A DNA stretch of 64,000 nt from Macrostomum lignano (lineage: Eukaryota): positions 496,001-560,000 of the forward strand of contig NIVC01000349.1 in assembly GCA_002269645.1 (NCBI GenBank). Direction: 5' to 3'. Of this stretch, positions 1 through 11,617 are shown one piece after another. The position numbers and the translations under genes were made by a program. Position 1 is the first letter of the stretch; every line of letters begins with the position of its first letter. The notes beneath the pieces are model-generated. The model had not been told where the DNA came from, did not search any database, and saw nothing but the letters and a program-made list of their open reading frames with translations.

Positions 1-946
1 CAGTAAAATACAGAGATTGATCATGCTGTGACAGTAAATTACAGAGATTGATCATGCTGTGACAGTAAATTACAGAGATTGATCATGCTGTGGCAGTAAA
101 TTACAGAGATTGATCATGCTGTGACAGTAAATTACAGGGATTTATCCTTCTGTGACAGTAAATACAGAGATTGATCATGCTGTGACAGTAAATTACAGAG
201 ATTTATCCTTCTGTGACAGTAAATTACAGAGATTGATCATGCTGTGACAGTAAATTACAGAGATTGATCATGCTGTGGCAGTAAATTACAGAGATTGATC
301 ATGCTGTGGCAGTAAATTACAGAGATTGATCATGCTGTGGCAGTAAATTACAGAGATTGATCATGCTGTGACAGTAAATTACAGAGATTGATCATGCTGT
401 GGCAGTAAATTACAGAGATTTATCCTTCTGTGACAGTAAATTACAGGGATTTATCCTTCTGTGACAGTAAATTACAGAGATTTATCCTTCTGTGACAGTA
501 AATACAGAGATTGATCATGCTGTGACAGTAAATTACAGAGATTTATCCTTCTGTGACAGTAAATTACAGAGATTGATCATGCTGTGGCAGTAAATTACAG
601 AGATTGATCATGCTGTGGCAGTAAATACAGAGATTGATCATGCTGTGACAGTAAATTACAGAGATTGATCATGCTGTGACAGTAAATTACAGAGATTGAT
701 CATGCTGTGGCAGTAAATTACAGAGATTTATCCTTCTGTGACAGTAAATTACAGAGATTTATCCTTCTGTGACAGTAAATTACAGAGATTGATCAGGCTG
801 TGACAGTAAATTACAGGGATTGATCATGCTGTGACAGTAAATTACAGAGATTTATCCTTCTGTGACAGTAAATTACAGGGATTTGTCATGCTGTGACAGT
901 AAATTACAGAGATTTATCATGCAGTGACAGTAAATTACAGGGATTT
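1..946. repeat. 31-bp minisatellite (CAGTAAATTACAGAGATTGATCATGCTGTGA), truncated by the window edge
   Basis: Units start at 1, 32, 63 and onward. Two interspersed variants (TTGATCATGC and TTTATCCTTC). Ends about 100 bp past the DEG/ENaC stop. Confidence 0.95.
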
Positions 947-1045
947 TCTTGTATTTTTTTGCTGTGCCTGTGATAAAGAAGCAGCCATTGAAACTGAACC
1001 CAGTGACCGATCCAAATCGCTATGCAGAGAGCTGCCGGTTCGAAC

Positions 1046-3338
1046 TCAGGACTCTTCTTCAGTGTCCGAGTCGTCATCATTTCTCCTGCACCTCTGCACC
1101 AGAATATAGATGAACTCAAGCAGCTCAAATGTGCTCACGACGCTGATGCCGAGCCAGAGTCCCAGAGTTCCTCCGACCTGCGGAATATCGAGAAAAAATT
1201 GAAAATTGGTACAGCGCAGCTCAGTATCTCTATGGCAACCAGAGCGAGACAAAGTTGCTGGGGCCGATTTTAAATGAGCATGCAATTTGGTCTGAGCAAC
1301 AGCCTCAAATGCGGGAATATTGCAACCGGAATGCAACTCTCACCTCCGACAGGGCCTCGGTCCAGTGGTATTTGTACTTCTCTTCGTAGACGTCCGCTGC
1401 AGGATTCTGCAAGCTGATGCGGACTGCTGCCAGGTTTTTGGCCAATTCGTCACGCTTAACGCAAATCGTACTCGACATAACCAAATCTTTTAAACTTATT
1501 CCTTTTCTGTCGCACTTTTCTACAAGTCCCAGCAGTATTAGTTGCAATACCTGTCTGGTATAGTTACCTGTATTATTCCTATAGATATGATGCACTTTGC
1601 CATCCTCGGGCAGGAACTCGACTCCATGTCTGACTTGCGGCACCATCAGGTTCTCCCAGATCTCTTGAATGGCGCTGAACGGGGGCCACCTGCGGCTCTG
1701 CTGCCAAGGCCGTTGCTGAGTGAACTGGCACCACATCCGGTGTTGGAACTCCTTCGCCAGCTCTTGGCTTTGCCTCTGTGCGTGCTCAAACCAGTGATCA
1801 TGGCAGTCAATTCTCTTGAGCACAGCATCCGATGGGGTGATCCACTCCTGCGGTGGAGCGAAGTAGCACAGGTCGCTCGTATTCACCGAGAACGGGAGCA
1901 GGTGCGAATAGCAGCCGCAGTTGCTGTGCAGGATGCTCTGCTGTGCCTCGACTACGAAATCGGAGACGGACTTTGAGTAGGCCTTGGTGACCACGTTCAG
2001 CGAGGCGTTGGAGAAGTGCCTGACATAGTTGATGGTTTCGATTGGAGGCTCGGAGCATCTGCGGCTGGGCTTCGACATGAGTCGGTTGTGGACCGGCCTG
2101 AGTTTGATGGAGGTGCTGGTGGCTGAGGCCACGTCCACGAACTCGGTCTCTGCGGTTTGGCATGGGTTTGGCATGGGCTGTGAGACTGGTTTGGCATGGG
2201 TTTGGCATGGGCTGTGAGACTGGTTTGGCATGGGCTGTGAGACTGGTTTGGCATGGGTTGTGAGACTGGTTTGGCATGGGTTTGGCATGGGCTGTGAGAC
2301 TGGTTTGGAACGAAGAGTTCTTAACCGTAACATAAAAATTGTTTCAGACTCTATCCTAAAATAGAAATAAATAATATTACATAATTACGACAAGCAACTG
2401 GGTTAGGCTCTGCAAATGAGACCAACCTTTGCTGCTGCTTGCGGTCTGCTTTTTTACTGTTAGAATAATACTCGTAAACTTGCAGGTAGCAAAGCAAAAA
2501 TTACGTACGACTCATCGGGTAGCTTTTCGCCTCGTGAACGAAAACGCGCAATCCAGTGGACTGGAGCTCGTTGTTCTGCAGCACCCGGTTGACATCATTG
2601 CTGCATTTAAATAGGCGAGTAGAGCAAGATTGGGACAAATATTCTAAGTCGTTTTCGATTAAATTGTCTTCCATAGAAACTTTGTGGTATCCGTCGGTGA
2701 AGAGCACCATGTCGAGCTCGGCTCCCCTGCCCCAGGACCGCTGGACGACTGCCCCGGGTCCGGGTGGAACGTGTAGCAGCTCCAGAACCGGCTGGTCTGG
2801 ACAAGCGAGAAGTTCTTGTGACTGCAGGGCTCGTTGTTGTAGCGGCAGCTCAGCAGCATGGTCTTATCGAGGTGGGAGACGTCTCTGGTGTCGCCCGACA
2901 CCCACATCACGTCCAGGAGCTTCTTACACACCTTCTCAAGTCGATTTTCGTAGCCTTCCTCTGATTCTTGCGGGCGCTTCTTGGTGTCCTCCTGGAACCA
3001 GTTGGTGAAGTTGCCCCAGAAGATTTCCATGTATCGTTCAAAAAAAACCCCTCCATTAAGCCAGTAGAAGCGGGCTTGAAGTTGCAGATTGTGACGTCGG
3101 GAAACTGGGCTCGTTCGCTCCTCAGCTTCAGCTGCGACTCAACGGAGCGATCGGTGAACTTCTGCACCAACTTTGCCAGGTGGACGGTGCAGCCGATCAG
3201 CGCAGCTACGAACAGAAGCAGCCAGAAGATCCGTCGAGCTGTGCTTCTGGACAGAAAGATGTGCAGCAAGCCGTGGGTTCTCGTGATGCCAGCCACCTCC
3301 TGGGCGGCACCGGTCACCGTGCGGAGTCGGGCTCGCAT
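1046..3338 (-). CDS. DEG/ENaC family sodium channel subunit (about 590 aa; two 1-nt frameshifts in this assembly)
   Basis: Exons 3338-2509, 2149-1344 and 1177-1046 with GT-AG junctions in consistent phase. Family motifs: pre-TM1 THG, TM1 IFWLLLFVAALIGC, FPDVTICN, SCYTF, GLRVFVH..P, Cys-rich thumb region, TM2 LSEVGGTLGLWLGIS. Frame breaks at about 3040-3047 and about 2724-2727. The start could extend upstream, and a small extra intron near 1460-1560 cannot be excluded. Confidence 0.88.
2150..2308. repeat. Intronic 23/34-bp minisatellite (GGTTTGGCATGGGCTGTGAGACT)
   Basis: Tandem units directly abut the ENaC exon-2 acceptor. Confidence 0.9.
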
Positions 3339-3879
3339 TTTACTTTCCTGTTTTTTACAGCCTGCTTAACGGAATGCTGCAGATTTCTGAATTCAGTTGC
3401 TACTGAGTTATTTGCTAGTGCTTAGAGAATATCGAGCTCTCAAGCCAAACTCTTCCACCCTGCAATCCCGTTGCAGCAGTGCGAGCTGCATCCCATCGCT
3501 GCCCCCTAGACTATTAAATTAGTTAGTACTATTAAATGTGTACAGTCGGCATCAGCCAAAAGCTAGTGGTTTAAGTTGTATAAAACTTTCTGCTGTGTTT
3601 TTTTAGTTTTTGTTTGTCGATCAGTGGTCAACGGTTCGCTGTAAAATCGTCAGCGAAATGAGGAGAAAGTTGAAGATTAATCGTGTATATAAGCGAGCCT
3701 AAACAAAAGATTAAGTCTGACAATTATTATTTTCTAAATATACTGTTTTAAGTATACTACTGGTTAAAGTACTATGCGTTTTTTAATTTAAGAAGTCGAG
3801 CGCTCCATTTAATACTATCATACACTACCCACCATATTCAATCTGCATGCTGCGACGATTGTCAATGGCAAGATTTCGG

Positions 3880-6800
3880 AGTGACATGGAAACAGTGTGG
3901 AGTTGACATTGAGTGACAGGGAAACAGTGGAGTGCCAGTGGAGTGACCGGTAGACAATGGAGTGACAATGGAGTGACTGATAAACAGTGGAGTGACCGGG
4001 AATCAGTGGAGTGACAATGGAGTGACCAGGAATCAGTGGAGTGACAATGGAGTGACCGGGAATCAGTGGAGCGACAATGGAGTGACCGGGAATCAGTGGA
4101 GCGACAATGGAGTTACCGGGAATCAGTGGAGTGACAATGGAGTTACCGGGAATCAGTGGAGCGACAATGGAGTTACCGGGAATCAGTGGAGTGACAATGG
4201 AGTTACCGGGAATCAGTGGAGTGACAATGGAGTGACCGGGAATCAGTGGAGTGACAATGGAGTTACCGGGAATCAGTGGAGTGACAATGGAGTTACCGGG
4301 AATCAGTGGAGCGACAATGGAGTTACCGGGAATCAGTGGAGTGACAATGGAGTTACCGGGAATCAGTGGAGCGACAATGGAGTTACCGGGAATCAGTGGA
4401 GTGACAATGGAGTGACCGGGAATCAGTGGAGCGACAATGGAGTTACCGGGAATCAGTGGAGTGACAATGGAGTTACCGGGAATCAGTGGAGCGACAATGG
4501 AGTTACCGGGAATCAGTGGAGTGACAATGGAGTTACCGGGAATCAGTGGAGTGACAATGGAGTTACCGGGAATCAGTGGAGTGACAATGGAGTGACCGGG
4601 AATCAGTGGAGTGACAATGGAGTGACCGGGAATCAGTGGAGCGACAATGGAGTTACCGGGAATCAGTGGAGCGACAATGGAGTTACCGGGAATCAGTGGA
4701 GCGACAATGGAGTTACCGGGAATCAGTGGAGCGACAATGGAGTTACCGGGAATCAGTGGAGCGACAATGGAGTGACCGTGAATCAGTGGAGTGACAATGG
4801 AGTGACCGGGAATCAGTGGAGCGACAATGGAGTTACCGGGAATCAGTGGAGCGACAATGGAGTTATCGGGAATCAGTGGAGCGACAATGGAGTTACCGGG
4901 AATCAGTGGAGTGACAATGGAGTGACCGGGAATCAGTGGAGCGACAATGGAGTTACCGGGAATCAGTGGAGTGACAATGGAGTGACCGGGAATCAGTGGA
5001 GTGACAATGGAGTGACCGGGAATCAGTGGAGCGACAATGGAGTTACCGGGAATCAGTGGAGCGACAATGGAGTTACCGGGAATCAGTGGAGCGACAATGG
5101 AGTTACCGGGAATCAGTGGAGTGACAATGGAGTTACCGGGAATCAGTGGAGTGACAATGGAGTTACCGGGAATCAGTGGAGCGACAATGGAGTTACCGGG
5201 AATCAGTGGAGTGACAATGGAGTGACCGGGAATCAGTGGAGTGACAATGGAGTTACCGGGAATCAGTGGAGCGACAATGGAGTTACCGGGAATCAGTGGA
5301 GTGACAATGGAGTTACCGGGAATCAGTGGAGTGACAATGGAGTGACCGGGAATCAGTGGAGCGACAATGGAGTTACCGGGAATCAGTGGAGCGACAATGG
5401 AGTTACCGGGAATCAGTGGAGCGACAATGGAGTTACCGGGAATCAGTGGAGTGACAATGGAGTTACCGGGAATCAGTGGAGCGACAATGGAGTTACCGGG
5501 AATCAGAGGAGCGACAATGGAGTTACCGGGAATCAGTGGAGTGACAATGGAGTGACCGGGAATCAGTGGAGTGACAATGGAGTGACCGGAAATCAGTGGA
5601 GCGACAATGGAGTGACCGGGAATCAGTGGAGTGACAATGGAGTGACCGGGAATCAGTGGAGTGACAATGGAGTTACCGGGAATCAGTGGAGTGACAATGG
5701 AGTGACCGGGAATCAGTGGAGCGACAATGGAGTGACCGGGAATCAGTGGAGCGACAATGGAGTTACCGGGAATCAGTGGAGCGACAATGGAGTTACCGGG
5801 AATCAGTGGAGCGACAATGGAGTTACCGGGAATCAGTGGAGTGACAATGGAGTGACCGGGAATCAGTGGAGTGACAATGGAGTGACCGGGAATCAGTGGA
5901 GTGACAATGGAGTTACCGGGAATCAGTGGAGTGACAATGGAGTTACCGGGAATCAGTGGAGCGACAATGGAGTTACCGGGAATCAGTGGAGTGACAATGG
6001 AGTTACCGGGAATCAGTGGAGCGACAATGGAGTGACCGGGAATCAGTGGAGTGACAATGGAGTGACCGGGAATCAGTGGAGCGACAATGGAGTTACCGGG
6101 AATCAGTGGAGTGACAATGGAGTTACCGGGAATCAGTGGAGCGACAATGGAGTTACCGGGAATCAGTGGAGTGACAATTGAGTTACCGGGAATCAGTGGA
6201 GTGACAATGGAGTTACCGGGAATCAGTGGAGTGACAATGGAGTGACCGGGAATCAGTGGAGTGACAATGGAGTGACCGGGAATCAGTGGAGCGACAATGG
6301 AGTTACCGGGAATCAGTGGAGCGACAATGGAGTTACCGGGAATCAGTGGAGCGACAATGGAGTTACCGGGAATCAGTGGAGCGACAATGGAGTTACCGGG
6401 AATCAGTGGAGTGACAATGGAGTTACCGGGAATCAGTGGAGTGACAATGGAGTGACCGGGAATCAGTGGAGCGACAATGGAGTTACCGGGAATCAGTGGA
6501 GCGACAATGGAGTTACCGGGAATCAGTGGAGCGACAATGGAGTGACCGGGAATCAGTGGAGTGACAATGGAGTTACCGGGAATCAGTGGAGCGACAATGG
6601 AGTTACCGGGAATCAGTGGAGTGACAATGGAGTGACCGGGAATCAGTGGAGTGACAATGGAGTGACCGGGAATCAGTGGAGCGACAATTGAGTTACCGGG
6701 AATCAGTGGAGCGACAATGGAGTTACCGGGAATCAGTGGAGCGACAATGGAGTGACCGGGAATCAGTGGAGTGACAATTGAGTTACCGGGAATCAGTGGA

Positions 6801-8656
6801 GTGACAATGGAGTTACCGGGAATCAGTGGAGTGACAATGGAGTTACCGGGAATCAGTGGAGCGACAATGGAGTTACCGGGAATCAGTGGAGCGACAATGG
6901 AGTTACCGGGAATCAGTGGAGTGACAATGGAGTGACCGGGAATCAGTGGAGTGACAATGGAGTGACCGGGAATCAGTGGAGCGACAATGGAGTTACCGGG
7001 AATCAGTGGAGCGACAATGGAGTTACCGGGAATCAGTGGAGCGACAATGGAGTTACCGGGAATCAGTGGAGTGACAATGGAGTTACCGGGAATCAGTGGA
7101 GCGACAATGGAGTTACCGGGAATCAGTGGAGTGACAATGGAGTGACCGGGAATCAGTGGAGTGACAATGGAGTTACCGGGAATCAGTGGAGCGACAATGG
7201 AGTTACCGGGAATCAGTGGAGCGACAATGGAGTTACCGGGAATCAGTGGAGTGACAATGGAGTGACCGGGAATCAGTGGAGTGACAATGGAGTGACCGGG
7301 AATCAGTGGAGCGACAATGGAGTTACCGGGAATCAGTGGAGCGACAATGGAGTGACCGGGAATCAGTGGAGCGACAATGGAGTTACCGGGAATCAGTGGA
7401 GTGACAATGGAGTTACCGGGAATCAGTGGAGCGACAATGGAGTTACCGGGAATCAGTGGAGTGACAATGGAGTGACCGGGAATCAGTGGAGTGACAATGG
7501 AGTTACCGGGAATCAGTGGAGCGACAATGGAGTTACCGGGAATCAGTGGAGCGACAATGGAGTTACCGGGAATCAGTGGAGCGACAATGGAGTTACCGGG
7601 AATCAGTGGAGTGACAATGGAGTTACCGGGAATCAGTGGAGCGACAATGGAGTTACCGGGAATCAGTGGAGCGACAATGGAGTTACCGGGAATCAGTGGA
7701 GTGACAATGGAGTTACCGGGAATCAGTGGAGTGACAATGGAGTGACCGGGAATCAGTGGAGCGACAATGGAGTGACCGGGAATCAGTGGAGTGACAATGG
7801 AGTGACCGGGAATCAGTGGAGTGACAATGGAGTTACCGGGAATCAGTGGAGTGACAATGGAGTTACCGGGAATCAGTGGAGCGACAATGGAGTTACCGGG
7901 AATCAGTGGAGTGACAATGGAGTTACCGGGAATCAGTGGAGTGACAATGGAGTGACCGGGAATCAGTGGAGTGACAATGGAGTGACCGGGAATCAGTGGA
8001 GCGACAATGGAGTTACCGGGAATCAGTGGAGCGACAATGGAGTTACCGGGAATCAGTGGAGCGACAATGGAGTTACCGGGAATCAGTGGAGTGACAATGG
8101 AGTGACCGGGAATCAGTGGAGTGACAATGGAGTGACCGGGAATCAGTGGAGCGACAATGGAGTGACCGGGAATCAGTGGAGCGACAATGAAGTTACCGGG
8201 AATCAGTGGAGTGACAATGGAGTTACCGGGAATCAGTGGAGCGACAATGGAGTTACCGGGAATCAGTGGAGTGACAATGGAGTTACCGGGAATCAGTGGA
8301 GTGACAATGGAGTGACCGGGAATCAGTGGAGTGACAATGGAGTGACCGGGAATCAGTGGAGCGACAATGGAGTTACCGGGAATCAGTGGAGTGACAATGG
8401 AGTTACCGGGAATCAGTGGAGCGACAATGGAGTTACCGGGAATCAGTGGAGCGACAATGGAGTTACCGGGAATCAGTGGAGCGACAATGGAGTTACCGGG
8501 AATCAGTGGAGCGACAATGGAGCTACCGGGAATCAGTGGAGTGACAATGGAGTTACCGGGAATCAGTGGAGTGACAATGGAGTGGCCGGGAAACAGTGGG
8601 GCGACAATGGAGTTACCGATAAACAGTGGAGTGACCGGGAATCAGTGGAGTGACAG
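3880..8656. repeat. 30-bp satellite array (GGAGTKACCGGGAATCAGTGGAGYGACAAT), about 153 core units
   Basis: Near-perfect 30-bp period across about 3990-8580, with degenerate units at both edges. Confidence 0.98.
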
Positions 8657-9275
8657 GGCTGACCATGACCCGAGCACCCGAACGATTGTTTCAATATACA
8701 TTTTTTCAATTTTTTTCCGAAAATTTGAAATTTAAAAAAAAAACATCTTCACATGATTGACTGGCAAGTGGCGACAGAGTGGCCTTTCAACAAATTATGG
8801 CACTCAAGAAGAAACTAATTCCTCTTAATTAAACATTTCTCAATAAAAAGCTAAGGACAACTAGAAAAGGGAATGGAATTCATCAATACATGCAGAAAAA
8901 ACGTGAAGGCCCATTCATTTTTATTGTGTTTACTAGCTCGTAAAAAGGCAGCTGAAATGACTTTGATAAGCTTTGAAGCCCCAAGCTTGCAGGCGTAAAC
9001 ACAAACTTGCTAATTGGTTCAGCAATAATGTACATTAGCCAGTCCACTGAAATGTACATGGCGGTTTTAGGAGGAATTCCGAGAAAGGCAATAAAATTTG
9101 GGGCGGGCGGGGGCAGGGGGGGGGTAAGTGTGGAAAGTCTGGAAAGGCGCGGTTGGAGGATTTAACTGGGTGTTTAGAGCCAACAAAATAAGTCTTGGCT
9201 TTAAAATAGCTCGTACATTATGATGTTGTAATAGCACGTGACACTCAGTACTTTTTAGAAACAGTCTCGATGAAA

Positions 9276-10587
9276 CCGGGGCGTCGCCAACGGGGGGGAC
9301 GGAGGGACATGTCCTCTCCAGTAAAAGATCTGGGGGGGGAGAGACATACCAATGCTTTGTCCCCCCACCCCCACCTTGTGGCCCGTTGTGAAAATCAATA
9401 ATTTTTGCTGCATGGTGATAAAATAGCGACTGCAGCGCTAAAATGGTGCCTGCAGCGCTAAAATGAGTGCCTGCGGCGCTGAAATGAGTGCCTGCAGCGC
9501 TGAAATGAGTGCCCGCAGCGCTGAAATGAGTGCCTGTGGCGCTAAAATGAGTGCCTGCGGCGCTAAAATGAGTGCCTGCGGCGCTAAAATGAGTGCCCGC
9601 GGCGCTGAAATGAGTGCCTGCAGCGCTAAAATGAGTGCCTGCGGCGCTAAAATGAGTGCCTGCGGCGCTGAAATGTGTGCCTGTGGCGCTAAAATGAGTG
9701 CCTGTGGCGCTAAAATGAGTGCCTGTGGCGCTAAAATGAGTGCCTGTGGCGCTAAAATGAGTGCCTGTGGCGCTAAAATGAGTGCCTGCGGCGCTAAAAT
9801 GAGTGCCTGCGGCGCCAAAATGAGTGCCTGCGGCGCTAAAATGAGTGCCTGCGGCGCTAAAATGAGTGCCTGCGGCGCCAAAATGAGTGCCTGTGGCGCT
9901 AAAATGAGTGCCTGTGGCGCTAAAATGAGTGCCTGCGGCGCTGAAATGTGTGCCTGTGGCGCTAAAATGAGTGCCTGTGGCGCTAAAATGAGTGCCTGCG
10001 GGGCTAAAATGAGTGCCTGCGGCGCTAAAATGAGTGCCTGTAGCGCTAAAATGAGTGCCTGTAGCGCTAAAATGAGTGCCTGTAGCGCTAAAATGAGTGC
10101 CTGCGGCGCTGAAATGTGTGCCTGTGGCGCTAAAATGAGTGCCTGTGGCGCTAAAATGAGTGCCTGCGGCGCTGAAATGAGTGCCTGCGGCGCTGAAATG
10201 AGTGCCTGCGGCGCTGAAATGAGTGCCTGCGGTGCTGAAATGAGTGCCTGCGGCGCTAAAATGAGTGCCTGTGGCGCTAAAATGAGTGCCTGCAGCGCTA
10301 AAATGAGTGCCTGCAGCGCTAAAATGAGTGCCTGCGGCGCTGAAATGAGTGCCCGCGGCGCTGAAATGAGTGCCTGCGGCGCTGAAACGAGTGCCTGCGG
10401 CGCTAAAATGAGTGCCTGCGGCGCTAAAATGAGTGCCTGCAGTGCTAAAATGAGTGCCTGCAGTGCTAAAATGAGTGCTGACAACACCAATTCTGAAAAA
10501 ATGTACATGTAGGAATTTCGTCATGTACATGTACATCTAGAATTCTTGGCTTTGTCCCCCACCATAAAATCCGTGGCGACGCCCCTG
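9276..10587. mobile_element. Non-autonomous hAT-type element (MITE) carrying a 21-bp minisatellite
   Basis: Left end CCGGGGCGTCGCCAACGG; right end CCGTGGCGACGCCCCTG (reverse complement CAGGGGCGTCGCCACGG). Perfect 8-bp TSD CGATGAAA at 9268-9275 and 10588-10595. An 8-bp TSD with CAGGGG termini is typical of hAT. Confidence 0.88.
9430..10478. repeat. 21-bp minisatellite (GAGTGCCTGCGGCGCTAAAAT), about 50 units, inside the MITE
   Basis: Direct reading of the tandem units. Confidence 0.97.
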
Positions 10588-11039
10588 CGATGAAATATGT
10601 CGTAATTGAATTCTAAACGGTAATGCGAGTAATTGTCAAAATCCAAGTGTCTGTCGAGACTTGAACAGCATGAGAAGAAAATTTGAAATTATTTTTTCTT
10701 AATTTATTTTTAAATAAAAAATTGTGTACAAACAAAGTTTTTAAACTTCAATTAGTTTATAAAACAAAATTTTTGTTTATACGAGTATTATATTTCGCCG
10801 TGAGATTTTACTACAATTTAAATTTAAATTAAACAAAAAAGAGCAGATGAATTAAAAAAATAAAATATTGTGATTGACGTTTTGAAATACTTGACGAGTA
10901 ATATAAGCTACAGGTGAGTCACCACGTATGGGTAGTGCAGAAAAAATAGTCCAAATCCCAGAGTTTTGAACACAACAGCTTCTTTGGTATCCGGAGTCAG
11001 TCATCCTTTCCTCGATCCCAAATTCCCGAAATAATAATA

Positions 11040-11600
11040 TTACTAAAATCCCCGAACAACTTCCGAAATCCCTAACATCCCCAACATCCCAACATCTTAA
11101 AATACCCAAAATAAAAGAACCCGTAAAATCCCGAAATTTCCAAAATCCCAAAATCCAAAAAATCCCAAAATCCCAAAATCCAAAAAATCCCAAAATCCCC
11201 AACATCTAAAATCCCGGAAGTCCCTAAAATCTCAACATCCCTAAAATCCATCGAATCCTAAAACACCGAAAATCCACATAGCCCTTAAAATCCCTGAGAT
11301 CCCCAAAATCGAGAAATCCTCAAAATCCCTAAAATCTCGAAATTACCGGAATCCAAAAATCCCAAAAATCCTAAAATCCAAAAATCCAAAAATCCCGGAA
11401 ATCCCCAAATCTCAAAAATCCCCAAACTCCCCGAAATTCCCGAAATCAAAAAAATTCCCAAAATCATAAAATTTCAAGATCCTAAAATTTCTAATCCTAA
11501 TGTCTCTAAGCCTCTCAATCTCAATCTCAATCTCAATCTCCCCTATACCAAGACTCTATTATCCCAATCCCGAGAATCCCAAAATCGCACAAAAATCCCC
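11040..11600. repeat. Degenerate AAAATCCC-type simple repeat downstream of the ankyrin gene stop
   Basis: Irregular repeats of AAAATCCC and AAAATCC. Confidence 0.85.
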
Positions 11601-11617
11601 AATATAAGTCCGGAGAT

